In this document: one piece after another, positions 23,904 to 35,426 of the stretch
Layout of the letters: every line of letters begins with the position of its first letter
How positions within the stretch are numbered: the stretch's first letter is position 1
DNA from: an uncultured Alphaproteobacteria bacterium
GTDB taxonomy: Bacteria > Pseudomonadota > Alphaproteobacteria > Sphingomonadales > Sphingomonadaceae
DNA: 64,000 nucleotides
Assembly (NCBI GenBank): GCA_963789305.1
Contig: CAWBKC010000005.1
Location: 284,910-348,909, forward strand
Reading direction: 5' to 3'
The notes under the pieces: model-generated
The model's input: only the letters and a program-made list of their open reading frames with translations
Database searches by the model: none
Told to the model about the DNA's origin: nothing
Made by a program: the position numbers and the translations under genes

Positions 23904-24785
23904 TCAGCCCGCCAGTTCGCGCACGCGGCGGCGCAAATAGTCGGCATAGCCGGTCTTGCCGAGCCCGTCGGCCCGCGCCAGCACGGCGTCACCGTCGATC
24001 CAGCCGAGCTCGAAGCCAATCTCTTCGAGACAGGCGATCTTGATGCCGGTGCGATGCTCCAGCGTGCGCACATAGGCGCTGGCTTCGTGCAGCGAATCGT
24101 GCGTGCCCGTGTCCAGCCAGGCGTAGCCCCGGCCCAGCCGGCTGACCGTCAGGGCGTCATTTTCCAGATAGGTCCGGTTGACGTCGGTAATCTCGAGCTC
24201 GCCGCGCGCGCTGGGCGCAATGTTTGCGGCGATGTCGCAGACCTGCTTGTCATAGAAATAGAGCCCGGTGATGGCCCAGTTCGATTTCGGCTGGGCAGGC
24301 TTCTCTTCGACCGACGTCGCTTTCCCGCTGCTGTCGAAATCGACGACGCCATAGCGTTCCGGATCGTCGACATGATAGGCAAAGACGTTGGCGCCGCGGG
24401 CCTGCGCTTCCTGCGCGGCCGCCTGGCATTTCTCGCCCATCTTGTCGCCGTGGTAGATGTTGTCGCCCAGGATCAGCGCGCTGGGCTGCCCGTTCACGAA
24501 ATCGCGCCCGATGATGAAGGCCTCTGCCAGCCCGTTCGGTTCCGGCTGGACGGCATAGGACAAGTCGATCCCGAAGGCGCTGCCATCGCCCAGAAGGGCC
24601 TCGAACATGGGTAGATCGCGGGGGGTGGAAATGATCAGCACCTCCCGGATACCGGCCAGCATCAGCACCGACAGCGGGTAATAGATCATCGGTTTGTCGT
24701 AGACAGGCAGCACCTGCTTCGAAATTGCCATGGTGGCCGGGTAGAGGCGCGTGCCGCTACCGCCTGCAAGAATGATACCTTTCAT
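23904..24785 (-). CDS. rfbA: Glucose-1-phosphate thymidylyltransferase
   Basis: [37 protein letters not shown]. Confidence 0.96.
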   Translation of the reverse strand: MKGIILAGGSGTRLYPATMAISKQVLPVYDKPMIYYPLSVLMLAGIREVLIISTPRDLPMFEALLGDGSAFGIDLSYAVQPEPNGLAEAFIIGRDFVNGQPSALILGDNIYHGDKMGEKCQAAAQEAQARGANVFAYHVDDPERYGVVDFDSSGKATSVEEKPAQPKSNWAITGLYFYDKQVCDIAANIAPSARGELEITDVNRTYLENDALTVSRLGRGYAWLDTGTHDSLHEASAYVRTLEHRTGIKIACLEEIGFELGWIDGDAVLARADGLGKTGYADYLRRRVRELAG

Positions 24786-24866
24786 GGCCGCGAAACACCG
24801 TTTTTCTTGTTTGGAAGGGACTGCGCTCGCCTAGAGAGAGTGCCGCGCCAAGGCAAGCGACGGGGT

Positions 24867-25748
24867 TCAGGCGGCGAATAGCCGGGCGATGATGTCGCGC
24901 AGGCTCACGCTTGCAGGCTCGTCTGCCAGCAGGTTCACCTCCTGTGCCAGCAGGCTGGGCGAAAGAAGGCTGGCATGAAGGCCGGGAAGCGCACGTTTGA
25001 TCAGCCATGTCGCTGGTGCAGGCAGGGGCAGTTGCCGCACGGTTTTGCCTGTTTCCCGGGCCACGTCCTGCAGCATTGCGGGGGTGAAGGGTTCCGGATC
25101 TGCGGCGAAAATGGGGCCGTTCGACCGCGCTGCAATGGCCCTTCGCACCGCAACTGCCAACCCTTGGTAAGGCAGCATGGACCGCGGTGTCGGATAGCTG
25201 GCTGCAGGGACAAAGCCCGTCCGCCTGGCGAGAGCGACCAGCTGCGCCAGCTTGTCGCCGCCGCCTCCGACCAGAATCGGAACGCGCAGCAAGGCGATCG
25301 GGAAATCCGTGTCTGCGATACCGGCCAGTGCCTCTTCAGCCGCCAGTTTCGAGCGTCCGTAATCCGTGACCGGATGCGCAGGAGTGTCCGCATCGACCCG
25401 CTCCGCCGGACCGAAGATCGAGAAGCTGGAGATCTGCACCATGCCCGCCGCGCCAGCAGCCTTGCCGGCAGTCGCCCACGAGACGGGTACGTCGTAATTC
25501 ACTTTGCGCAGTGCATCGGCATCGCCCTGGGGGGAGCCGACGCAATTGACGATGACCGCTCCTCCGAGCGCAATATCATCGGGGATCACCGCATAGCTGG
25601 GCGTCGCAATTTCCCCCTCGTGCGGATTGCTGCGGACGATGCCGGTAATGTCGGCGCCGGGCATGGCCTGACGGATGGCGTCGGCCGCGCGGCTTCGCGC
25701 TCCGAGCAGGATTACGCGGCCGTCCGCTATTCTCGCGCTGTCGTTCAT
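24867..25748 (-). CDS. Divergent NAD-dependent epimerase/dehydratase
   Basis: Degenerate Gly-rich motif GARSRAA, QISS, YGRSK. Confidence 0.75.
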   Translation of the reverse strand: MNDSARIADGRVILLGARSRAADAIRQAMPGADITGIVRSNPHEGEIATPSYAVIPDDIALGGAVIVNCVGSPQGDADALRKVNYDVPVSWATAGKAAGAAGMVQISSFSIFGPAERVDADTPAHPVTDYGRSKLAAEEALAGIADTDFPIALLRVPILVGGGGDKLAQLVALARRTGFVPAASYPTPRSMLPYQGLAVAVRRAIAARSNGPIFAADPEPFTPAMLQDVARETGKTVRQLPLPAPATWLIKRALPGLHASLLSPSLLAQEVNLLADEPASVSLRDIIARLFAA

Positions 25749-25766
25749 GGGCCGCGCTTGTGACAG

Positions 25767-26427
25767 ATGTTTCTACAGACTAGAAGCGCAGTCGTGACGC
25801 AGATACCGACCTCCAGCAGCGCTTCCATGCCCAGAGCGATGCCATTCCAGCGCCTGTTCGATCTCCTCGTGTCGCTTCCGCTGGCAATCGTTGTGACGCC
25901 AGTCTGTCTCGTCCTGCTTGTGCTGGTGAGGCTCGAGTCCGCAGGTTCGCCGCTCTTCGTCCAGCAGCGCGTGGGCAAGGGGCAGAAGCCGTTTGCCATG
26001 CTGAAGCTGCGCACGATGCATATTGGCACCGCCAATGTCGCAAGCCACCAGGTCGGCGCGGCAAGCATCACGAAGCTTGGGGCGGTACTGCGGCGGCTCA
26101 AGCTCGATGAATTGCCGCAGCTATGGAACGTCATTGCAGGCCACATGAGCCTTGTCGGGCCCGCGCCCCTGCCTTCCATCGCAGGACGAACTGATGGCCG
26201 AACGGACAAAGCGCGGGATCTTTGCCCTGCGGCCCGGCGTGACCGGTCCGGCGCAGATTGCAGGCATCGATATGAGCGATCCGGTCAGGCTTGCGGCATA
26301 TGAAGAGCAATATTTCAGCGTCGATCGCCCGCTGGGTGACGTCCGCCTGCTTGTCAGCACCGCGCTGGGCGGCGGACGCGGTGACGCCGTGACGGCAAGC
26401 GCTTCTGAGGGCGAGGAGCAGCGCTAG
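25767..26427 (+). CDS. Undecaprenyl-phosphate sugar transferase, one apparent indel
   Basis: QRLFDL, KLRTM, LDELPQLWNV, MSLVGP(RP), RPGVTG. Confidence 0.9.
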
Positions 26428-26431
26428 ACCC

Positions 26432-28416
26432 ATGGCTGCCCGTGAACGCATCGAGCCGCTGACCGACGCCTTGCTGGCCATGCCGCGCTGGGTGAAACGG
26501 GGCATGGCCCTGTCGGTCGACATCGCGATCTGCATCGGCTCGGTATGGCTCGCCCATTATTTGCGCGTGGGATACTGGGTGCCTTTCTTCGGCATGCAGA
26601 TCCATCCGGCGACGGTGTCGGTGGCACTTGCGCTACCGCTGTTCGTGGTCTTCGGCCTGTACCGGGCGATATTCCGCTATGCCGGGGCGGAGGCGTTCTT
26701 CGCCATCGGCCGCGCTGTTGCGATTTACAGCGTTCCCTTCGCGATCATTTACACGCTGATCGGCGTGCAGGGCATTCCGCGAACGGTCGGCCTGATCCAG
26801 CCGGTCTTGCTGTTCGTGATGATCAGCTGCTCGCGGCTGGCGGCCCGGATGCTGTTCGAGGAAAGCTATACGGCGCTGTTTGCAGGCGATAAACCGACCC
26901 GCGTGCTCATCTATGGTGCAGGCAGGGCGGGACGCGAATTGTCCGGAGCCATCGCCACGTCGCGCGAGATGCAGCTGGTCGGCTTTGTCGACGACGATGA
27001 AGCCATCACCGGATCGACCTGCGCGGAGTGACGATCTATTCGCCGGAGCAACTTGCCGAGGTCGTCGAGCGCCGCAAGGTCGACGACGTGCTGCTCGCTC
27101 TGCCGCAAGCGACCCGCAAGCATCGCAGCGAAGTTCTGCAGGCGCTGAGGCCGCTGCCGGTCCATGTCCGGACCTTGCCCAGCATGGTGGACATCGCGCG
27201 CGGACAGATTTCGGTCGGCGACCTGCGCGAACCCGATATCGAGGATTTGCTCGGCCGGAGCCAGATCCCGCCGGACCAGGCGCTGCTGACCCGCAATATT
27301 GCCGGCAAGGTGGTGATGGTGACGGGCGCGGGCGGCTCCATCGGCAGCGAGCTTTGCCGCCAGATCCTGAAGAACGGCCCGGCCTGCCTGCTGCTGGTCG
27401 ATCATAGCGAATTCAATCTCTATAACGCGCATCAGGAATTCAGCCGGACGGCTGCGCAGGACGGCGATACGTCGATGCCTCTGCTGGTTCCGCTGCTTGC
27501 GTCCGTCTGCGACGATCGGCGGATGGGCGAAATCCTCGCCCATTGGCGGCCAGCAACACTGATCCATGCAGCGGCGTACAAACATGTCCCGCTGGTCGAG
27601 CAGAATGCGCTGGAGGGCATTCGCAACAATGTGTTCGGCACATTGACCGCTGCACGGCTGGCGCAGCAGCACGGGGTCTCCAGCTTTATCCTTGTCAGTA
27701 CCGACAAGGCGGTGCGGCCCACCAATATCATGGGTGCGACCAAGCGGCTGGCGGAAATGGTCCTGCAGGCGATGGAACAGGATGCGTCGGATCGCTCAGA
27801 GGGTGACGGCAAAAGTGCGACGACCTTCTCGATGGTCCGCTTCGGCAATGTGCTCGGTTCGTCCGGCTCGGTCATCCCGCTGTTCCGCGAACAAATTGCA
27901 GCCGGCGGTCCCGTGACGATCACGCACCGCGAAATCACGCGCTATTTCATGACCATTCCGGAGGCCTCGCAGCTGGTCCTTCAGGCAGGCGCGATGGCGC
28001 AGGGCGGGGATGTGTTCGTGCTGGACATGGGCGAGCCTGTAAAAATCGTCGATCTTGCGCGGAACATGATCGAACTGTCCGGGCTGACCGTGCAGGATGA
28101 CGACAATCCGGATGGCGATATCGCGCTGGAGTTCACCGGGTTGCGGCCTGCCGAAAAGCTGTTCGAAGAATTGCTGATCGGCGAGGACGCGCTACCCTCG
28201 CAGCACCCACGCATCATGCGCGCGACCGAAAAATTCCTGCCCCTTGGCCTGCTCGAGGAAAGGCTCGACGAGATGCGGGCGGCGATTGCTGCCAGTGACG
28301 CGAAAGCGGCGCGTGACCTGCTGTGCCGCCTTGTCCCGGAATACCAGCCGAACAGGGTTCTGGTCGATTGGATGCACCAGCCCGCGCCCGGCGCCAGCCA
28401 GAGCGCCGACAGCTGA
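26432..28416 (+). CDS. Nucleoside-diphosphate sugar dehydratase (CapD/PglF family), apparent indel near 27020
   Basis: N-terminal TMs, IYGAG, TGAGGSIGSELCRQI, HAAAYKHVP, STDKAVRP, VRFGNVLGSSGSV. Confidence 0.93.
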
Positions 28417-28431
28417 AGACCCTGCATGGGT

Positions 28432-29235
<804 letters not shown>

Positions 29236-29239
<4 letters not shown>

Positions 29240-30291
29240 TCGGCACCTTCCCTGGCGGCGGCCGCTGCGCGCTCTGCCGCCCGTCTGCGATTGTCGGCCT
29301 GCCCGATGATGTCTTCCTCTTCGGGCGTCTCGGCCAGCGCGGCATTCAGTTCCGCACCGACGACCATCCCTAGGCCGACCAGCCAGAAAAAGAAAAGCGT
29401 GATCATCATTCCGGCCAGCGATCCATAGGTCAGATCGTAAGCGAAGAACTGGCGCAGCACGATCGGCAGGGCAATCGTGACGCCGACCCACCAGAATGTA
29501 ACGGCGAGCGCGCCGGGCCATTTGGGGTAGCGACGATGGCGATACGTGCTGGGCGTCAGCGTGAAGAACAGCATGTATATCGACCCGAACAGGCCGAGTG
29601 CCGGGACAAACCGCGCCAGCGCCAGCTGCGAGATCACGTCGGTCAGCCACGGGAAATAGGCGTCGATGATCTGCTGCGCTGTACCGATGATGACCTGCGC
29701 CAGCAGCGACAGCATCAGCAGGATGACTGCCCCGACAATGACACCCGCAGACGCAATCCGGTATTTCCAGAACGCCTGCGTCGCTTCGGTACCGTAGGCG
29801 CGGCGCAGCATGTCCCGGATGGTTTCGACAAGACTGCTGACAGTCCATAGACCCACGAGGCCACCTGCCCAGAGCAGCCAGCCGGAGCGCGACTCGATAA
29901 CATTGCGCGCCACCGGCTCGATGACCTCGGCCACGACCGGAGGCATGGCCAGCAAAACAGCATTGATTGTCGCTGCGCGCTCTGCATCTTCTCCGATCAC
30001 GGAAAAAAGCGCCGCTCCGGTAATGAAAAACGGGAAGATGGCGAGCATCGACAGGTAGGCGAGGTTGCCTGCATGGATGAAGCCATCGTTGAATGTGCCC
30101 ACCGCGACCCGCTTCAGGATCTCGAAGAAGCGCGTGCCAGGGCCCAGCCGTTTGGTCACCCGTTTGGCCATCGCCCCCTTGAAATGCGTCGCTTCGTGAC
30201 GCCGGTCTTCCGGAGTCAGGGACCGGACAGCGCGTTCTTCAGGCTCTGGCATTCGGCCATCCGGGGTATATACCTCTCGCCAGCGCTTCAT
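29236..30291 (-). CDS. YihY/virulence factor BrkB family membrane protein
   Basis: AGNLAYLSMLAIFPF, TYGSLAG, GAELN. Confidence 0.9.
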
Positions 30292-30297
30292 GCCGTA

Positions 30298-31251
30298 TCA
30301 GACGCCGAGCGATGCGCGCGGATTGCCAGGATCGGACCATTCGCCAAGGGCTTCTTCGAGCGAAGACAGATCGGCAGGCAGTGTGATGCGCAAGGTCACC
30401 AGCTGATCGCCGCGCTCTCCTGTTTTGGTCGAGAAGCCTTTGCCCTTCAGGCGCATGACGGTGCCGCCCGACAGACCCGGCTTTACCGTCAGCATGACGG
30501 GGCCGTCGACCGTGGGCACTTTGACTTTCGAACCGCGCACCGCTTCATCGACACTGACCGGCAGGTCCAGGCGGACGTCGTTGCCATCGCGTTCATAAAA
30601 TGCGTGACGATCGATAGCTATCGTGACCAGCCCGTCACCATTGCCGCCCGGCCCTTGTTCACCCTTGCCCTTGAGCCGCATCTGCGTGCCGTCTTCGACA
30701 CCGGCGGGCAATTTCAGGTCGATGGTCTTGCCATCTGCCAGAGTAATCCGCTGGTCGGCGCGGGTCGCCGCATCGATGAAGGGAACGCGCAGTCTGTAGG
30801 CGATGTCTGCGCCCTTCTGCGGCGGGGGAGGGCGACGTCCGCCGCCTCCGAAGGGGGAGCCGCCGCGCTGGCGCGATCCGCCGCCGAACAGCCCTTCGAA
30901 AATATCGCCGATATCGGCTTCGCCACCGCCAAAGCCCTGAAAATCCTCGGCGCGGAATCCGCCTTGCTGGCCACGGTTTCCGCCGCCCCCGAATCCGCCG
31001 CCGCCCATGCCTGCAAAAGGATTGGCGGGATTGCCGTCGGCATCGATCTCGCCGCGATCGAACCGGGCGCGCTTGTCCTTGTCGGACAGCAGGTCGTAGG
31101 CATGCGTTACTTTGCCGAAACGGTCGGTTGCGGCAGGGTTGTCCTTGTTCTTGTCAGGATGCAGCTCTTTCGCAAGTTTGCGATAGGCGCTTTTGATCTC
31201 CTTTTCGGAGGCGGTGCGCGGGACACCCAAGGTGGCATAAGGATCGGCCAT
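30298..31251 (-). CDS. DnaJ-class chaperone without Zn finger (CbpA-like)
   Basis: J-domain HPD, G/F-rich linker, DnaJ C-terminal domain. Confidence 0.93.
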   Translation of the reverse strand: MADPYATLGVPRTASEKEIKSAYRKLAKELHPDKNKDNPAATDRFGKVTHAYDLLSDKDKRARFDRGEIDADGNPANPFAGMGGGGFGGGGNRGQQGGFRAEDFQGFGGGEADIGDIFEGLFGGGSRQRGGSPFGGGGRRPPPPQKGADIAYRLRVPFIDAATRADQRITLADGKTIDLKLPAGVEDGTQMRLKGKGEQGPGGNGDGLVTIAIDRHAFYERDGNDVRLDLPVSVDEAVRGSKVKVPTVDGPVMLTVKPGLSGGTVMRLKGKGFSTKTGERGDQLVTLRITLPADLSSLEEALGEWSDPGNPRASLGV

Positions 31252-31466
31252 TCCATGCAGCTAGGGAGGCCATGCGCGCCATGCAAGCGTGGTAACGTTC
31301 GTGAGCACCTCCTTTCGCGTTTGGTCGGACCGCCAGGCGCATCGGGGAATTCCTGTTGTAATCCCGGCATCTAAGGGCGCTGGAACATCGGCAAGCCTTG
31401 TGCTTTTCAAAAGGTAACGATCATTCAAATCCGTCCCGACCAAGCACCGACAGGAAATTTGCAGCA

Positions 31467-32099
31467 ATGGCTGACGAGACACACCCCGGCGAAAGCGCAA
31501 TTCCGGTCACCGATCCCTTCGTCCTGTTCGACGAGTGGATGGAGGACGCGCGGGCGAACGAACCAAACGATCCCAATGCGATGGCGCTGGCCACGGCGGC
31601 CCCCGATGGCGCGCCGTCGGTCCGCATGGTCCTGCTGAAAGGGCACGGCCCCCAAGTCGGCGGACCGGGCGGCGGTTTCACATTCTACACCAACGCCGAG
31701 AGTCGGAAGGGCAAGGAAATCCGCGCCAACGACTATGCAGCGCTGCTGTTCCACTGGAAGAGCCTGCGCCGCCAGATTCGCATCGAGGGACGGCTAAGCG
31801 AGGTCGACCCGGACACGGCGACCGAGTATTTCCATTCCCGCAGCCGGGATTCGCAGCTGGGCGCGGTCGCATCCGAGCAGTCCAGCCCGCTCGCCGACCG
31901 CCAGACTTTTCTCGAACGATTCGAGGAGATCGAAAAGAAGTTCGACGGAAGAGAGGTCGATCGTCCCCCGCACTGGACAGGATTTACCGTGACCCCGCAG
32001 GCTATCGAATTCTGGCTCGACAGGCCCAACCGCCTGCACGACCGCCGCGTGTTTACCCGCGCAGGAGACGGGTGGACCGACACACTGCTCTACCCCTAA
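31467..32099 (+). CDS. pdxH: Pyridoxamine 5'-phosphate oxidase
   Basis: RMVLLK, FYTNAESRKG, RQIRIEG, EFW...RLHDR, LYP end. Confidence 0.96.
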   Translation: MADETHPGESAIPVTDPFVLFDEWMEDARANEPNDPNAMALATAAPDGAPSVRMVLLKGHGPQVGGPGGGFTFYTNAESRKGKEIRANDYAALLFHWKSLRRQIRIEGRLSEVDPDTATEYFHSRSRDSQLGAVASEQSSPLADRQTFLERFEEIEKKFDGREVDRPPHWTGFTVTPQAIEFWLDRPNRLHDRRVFTRAGDGWTDTLLYP

Positions 32100-32109
32100 T
32101 GGGGGAGCC

Positions 32110-33048
32110 GTGACGCAGACAAAAAATTCACTGGCCCGCAGCGCTGCCTTCGCCTCGATTACGGTCGCGGCAATTCTCGTCGCGCTCAAGATATGGGCCA
32201 GCGTCGAGACCAATTCGGTGGCGATGCTCGGCAGCCTCGCCGACAGCGCGCTGGATCTGGTTGCCAGCCTGGTGACTTTGTTCGGTGTGATTTACGCCGC
32301 CATGCCCGCCGACGATGATCACAGGTTCGGGCATGGGAAGGCGGAGGCGATTGCCGCGATCGTGCAGGTCGTCCTCATCGCGCTGAGCGCGTTTGCGCTG
32401 GTCGTCCGCAGCATCCAGCAATGGCTGGAAGATGCCCCCATTGGCGAGGCGCCTATCGGGATCGGCGTTTCGATCTTTGCCATCCTGCTGACATTCGGAT
32501 TGCTGGCATGGCAACGTTTCGTTCTGGCGCGCACGGGATCGGTCGCGATCCGGACCGACCATTTGCATTACCAGGGCGACCTGATGCTGAACCTGGCGGT
32601 CATTGCCGCTTTGGTGCTGCAGACCCAACTGGGGGTGGGCAAAGCGGATGCTGTGTTTGGTCTGGGTATCGCGGCCTGGCTGGCCTACGGTGCGTGGGGC
32701 GCGTCCAAGGAAGCCGTCGATCACCTGATGGACCGTGAATGGCCGGAGGAAAAGCGCCGCGCCTTTGTCGCTCGGGCTGCAACCCATCCGGAATTGTCGA
32801 ACCTGCACGATCTGCGCACGCGCACGGCGGGTAACAGAGACTTCGTGCAGTTCCATGTCGATCTGCCCGGCACGATGAGCGTGCGCGAGGCGCATGACAT
32901 CATCGACCGCGTGGAGGATGATCTTCTCTCGGCCTTCCCGGGTACGGAGCTGCTCATCCATATCGATCCCGAAGGTCATGTAGACGAACCCGGAAACACG
33001 CTCGTCGAGAGCGACGAATTCGAGAAACTCGAGGACGATACCCCATGA
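32110..33048 (+). CDS. Cation diffusion facilitator (FieF-like)
   Basis: SLADSALD, HRFGHGKAEA, DHLHY, HDLRTR, IHIDP. Confidence 0.93.
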   Translation: MTQTKNSLARSAAFASITVAAILVALKIWASVETNSVAMLGSLADSALDLVASLVTLFGVIYAAMPADDDHRFGHGKAEAIAAIVQVVLIALSAFALVVRSIQQWLEDAPIGEAPIGIGVSIFAILLTFGLLAWQRFVLARTGSVAIRTDHLHYQGDLMLNLAVIAALVLQTQLGVGKADAVFGLGIAAWLAYGAWGASKEAVDHLMDREWPEEKRRAFVARAATHPELSNLHDLRTRTAGNRDFVQFHVDLPGTMSVREAHDIIDRVEDDLLSAFPGTELLIHIDPEGHVDEPGNTLVESDEFEKLEDDTP

Positions 33049-33842
33049 CATCTCATCCCTATTGGCATGTCGATGCCTTTGCCGACCGGCCGTTCAGCGG
33101 CAATCAGGCGGCAGTCATGCCGCTGAACGATTGGCTGGCAGACGATGTGCTGCAAGCCATCGCCGAGGAAAACAATTTCGCCGAAACCGCTTTCACCGTG
33201 CCCGATGCCAGCGGCGCGGCGGATTACGAATTGCGCTGGTTCACGCCGAAGACCGAGATCCGCCTGTGCGGCCATGCGACACTCGCGAGCGGTCACGTTT
33301 TGCTGGAGAGGGACGGCGGCGACAGGATCACTTTCCGCACCCGCAAGGCGGGCAATCTGGAAGTGCGGCGCAGCGGCGCGGGATACGAGCTTGCGCTGCC
33401 CACGATCCCGACCTCGCGGGAAGATTGGCCGGAGGCGACCGCGCTGTTGGGCGCGCAGCCGCAGGAGGTCTGGCAGAACGAGGGGCGCTACGGTGTCTAT
33501 CTGTTCGCCAGCGAAGCAGAGGTGCGGGCGCTCGATCCCGATCTGCGGGGGCTGGGGGCGCTGGGCGACGACCAGTTCATCTGCACCGCGCCGGGAGAGC
33601 GGACCGATATCGTGAGCCGGGTGTTCGTGCCCGGCGGCGGAGTGGATGAAGACAGCGTGACAGGCAGCGCGCACGCCGTGCTGACGCCTTTCTGGGCAGG
33701 CAGGCTTGGCCGCGACAGCTTTACCGCGCACCAGGCCTCGCAGCGCGGCGGCGATCTGACGCTGAGGCTCGACGGCGATCGCGCGTGGCTAGGTGGGCCG
33801 TGCGTTACCGTGGTGGAGGGGCGATTCTTCCTGCCCGGCTAG
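33045..33842 (+). CDS. PhzF family epimerase/isomerase
   Basis: VDAF..RPFSGNQAAV, ETAF, LCGHATLA, EDSVTGSAH. Confidence 0.94.
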   Translation: MTSHPYWHVDAFADRPFSGNQAAVMPLNDWLADDVLQAIAEENNFAETAFTVPDASGAADYELRWFTPKTEIRLCGHATLASGHVLLERDGGDRITFRTRKAGNLEVRRSGAGYELALPTIPTSREDWPEATALLGAQPQEVWQNEGRYGVYLFASEAEVRALDPDLRGLGALGDDQFICTAPGERTDIVSRVFVPGGGVDEDSVTGSAHAVLTPFWAGRLGRDSFTAHQASQRGGDLTLRLDGDRAWLGGPCVTVVEGRFFLPG

Positions 33843-33845
33843 ACC

Positions 33846-35024
33846 CTATTCGGCAGGGTACAATTCTACCACGTCCATCATCTGGTCGATCAGGGCGACA
33901 CGCTCTTCCTGATTGGAATGGCCCAGCCTCACCAGCGTGAGTTTCTGGTCCGGCGAGACCATCACATACTGGCCCATATGGCCGATCGCGGAATACAGGG
34001 TTTCCGGGCCGCGATCGGTTTTCTTGTCATCGCGGTCGATGCCGGAATCGCGGTTCAGCCACGTCTGGCCGCCATAAAATTCCGACGCCGGGCTGGGACT
34101 GGTCATGAAATCCACCCAGCTGCGCGGCAGCAATTGCGAACCGCGGTAGGATCCCCGGTTCCGCAGGAAGTCGCCGAACCGGCCCCAGTCGCGCGCGTTG
34201 GCGTGCATCAGGCTGCCTCCGACCAGCGTTCCTGCCGCATCGAATTCCGGGACCATCGAATCCATGCCGAGCGGCCCGAACAGCCGCGCCTGCAGGAAAT
34301 CGGCCACGGCCTTGCGCCGGACATCCGGATCGTCGCTGCCATCCGACAGGACGCGTGCCGCGATATCGGCGAGGATCACGGTCGTATTGCTCGAATATTC
34401 GAATGTCCTGCCCGGCTCGTCTTCCAGCGGCTGGGCAGTGGCGTAATTCGCCATGTCGTCGCGGCCATCCAGAAACAGCATCCGCACTTCGGACAATTCG
34501 TAAGGCGGGTCACCCGCCTCTGTGTGCCGGAGGCCGGACCGCATCTGGAGCAATTGCCGCAGCGTGATCTCTCCGCGCGGATCGCCGGGACGTTGCCAGC
34601 GGGGAATCGGCGGGCTTTCGTCGAGCGAAAGTTTCCCGTCGGCCATCAGCATGCCGATCATCACTGCCGTGACCGTCTTGGCCATCGACCAGCTGACGAA
34701 ACGGGTGTCCGCATCGTAGCCATCGGCGTAGCGCTCTGCGGCGATCTCGCCGCCATGCATGACGACGACAGCGCGGGTTTCACCGACGCTTTCGTCGGTG
34801 AACAATTCATCCAGCTGGCGGGCGAGCTGGTCGGTCGGGGCGCCCGGGTTTTCGGCAACGGCAGCCAATGCTTCCTGGGTCAGCGGAGGAAGTTCCGCAG
34901 GTGATCCGTCGCACCCGCCCAAGGCCAGCGCGGCAAGGCCGATAAAAGCCGGGCGGCTCTTGAAGACGGCAGGGATGGCGATAGGGGAGGGCAAACGCAT
35001 CGGCATGGTGCGGCTCACTCGCAT
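33846..35024 (-). CDS. Serine hydrolase (AmpC/beta-lactamase family) lipoprotein; start may be 35006 or 35000
   Basis: SMAK (SxxK), LLQMRSGL, FEYSS, lipobox LALGGC. Confidence 0.9.
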   Translation of the reverse strand: MRVSRTMPMRLPSPIAIPAVFKSRPAFIGLAALALGGCDGSPAELPPLTQEALAAVAENPGAPTDQLARQLDELFTDESVGETRAVVVMHGGEIAAERYADGYDADTRFVSWSMAKTVTAVMIGMLMADGKLSLDESPPIPRWQRPGDPRGEITLRQLLQMRSGLRHTEAGDPPYELSEVRMLFLDGRDDMANYATAQPLEDEPGRTFEYSSNTTVILADIAARVLSDGSDDPDVRRKAVADFLQARLFGPLGMDSMVPEFDAAGTLVGGSLMHANARDWGRFGDFLRNRGSYRGSQLLPRSWVDFMTSPSPASEFYGGQTWLNRDSGIDRDDKKTDRGPETLYSAIGHMGQYVMVSPDQKLTLVRLGHSNQEERVALIDQMMDVVELYPAE

Positions 35025-35042
35025 GATGGAAATAGACCTGCA

Positions 35043-35426
35043 ATGGCAAAACCCGGTCCTCGATCCAGCGCCAACACACGTATGGGGTCAGGGGCCGCAT
35101 CGACACCGCGCTCGCGCCGCTGGTTGTGGGTCCTTTTGGCGCTGGCAGTCGTTCTGGCAGCGGCCGCGTATGTGTTCCGCGCGCCGATCGCCGGGTACGG
35201 CAATGCGGGCACGGCCTACTCTGCGCGGGTTGCCTGTTCGTGCCGCTATATCGCCGGCCGGGATTTGGACGATTGCAGCAAGGACCAGCTGACAGGGATG
35301 GAACTCGTCATGCTGAGCGAGGATGACGAGGAAAAGAGCGTCACGGCAACGTTCCCCCTCGTGTCCAGCGAAACGGCGCGCCTGAAAGACGGCTATGGCT
35401 GCGTGCTGGACCGCTGGGACGGTTAG
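35043..35426 (+). CDS. Small membrane-anchored protein resembling the N-terminal accessory domain of AmpC-family serine hydrolases
   Basis: TM helix, YSARVACSCRYIAGR, KSVTA...ARLKDGYGCVL. Confidence 0.7.
   Translation: MAKPGPRSSANTRMGSGAASTPRSRRWLWVLLALAVVLAAAAYVFRAPIAGYGNAGTAYSARVACSCRYIAGRDLDDCSKDQLTGMELVMLSEDDEEKSVTATFPLVSSETARLKDGYGCVLDRWDG

Noticed and set aside
33045-33842. Phenazine biosynthesis cluster
   Set aside because: Lone PhzF-family gene; no other phz genes.
33846-35024. Antibiotic-resistance beta-lactamase
   Set aside because: SxxK-family hydrolase without clear class C signatures or mobile context; more likely an esterase or amidase.
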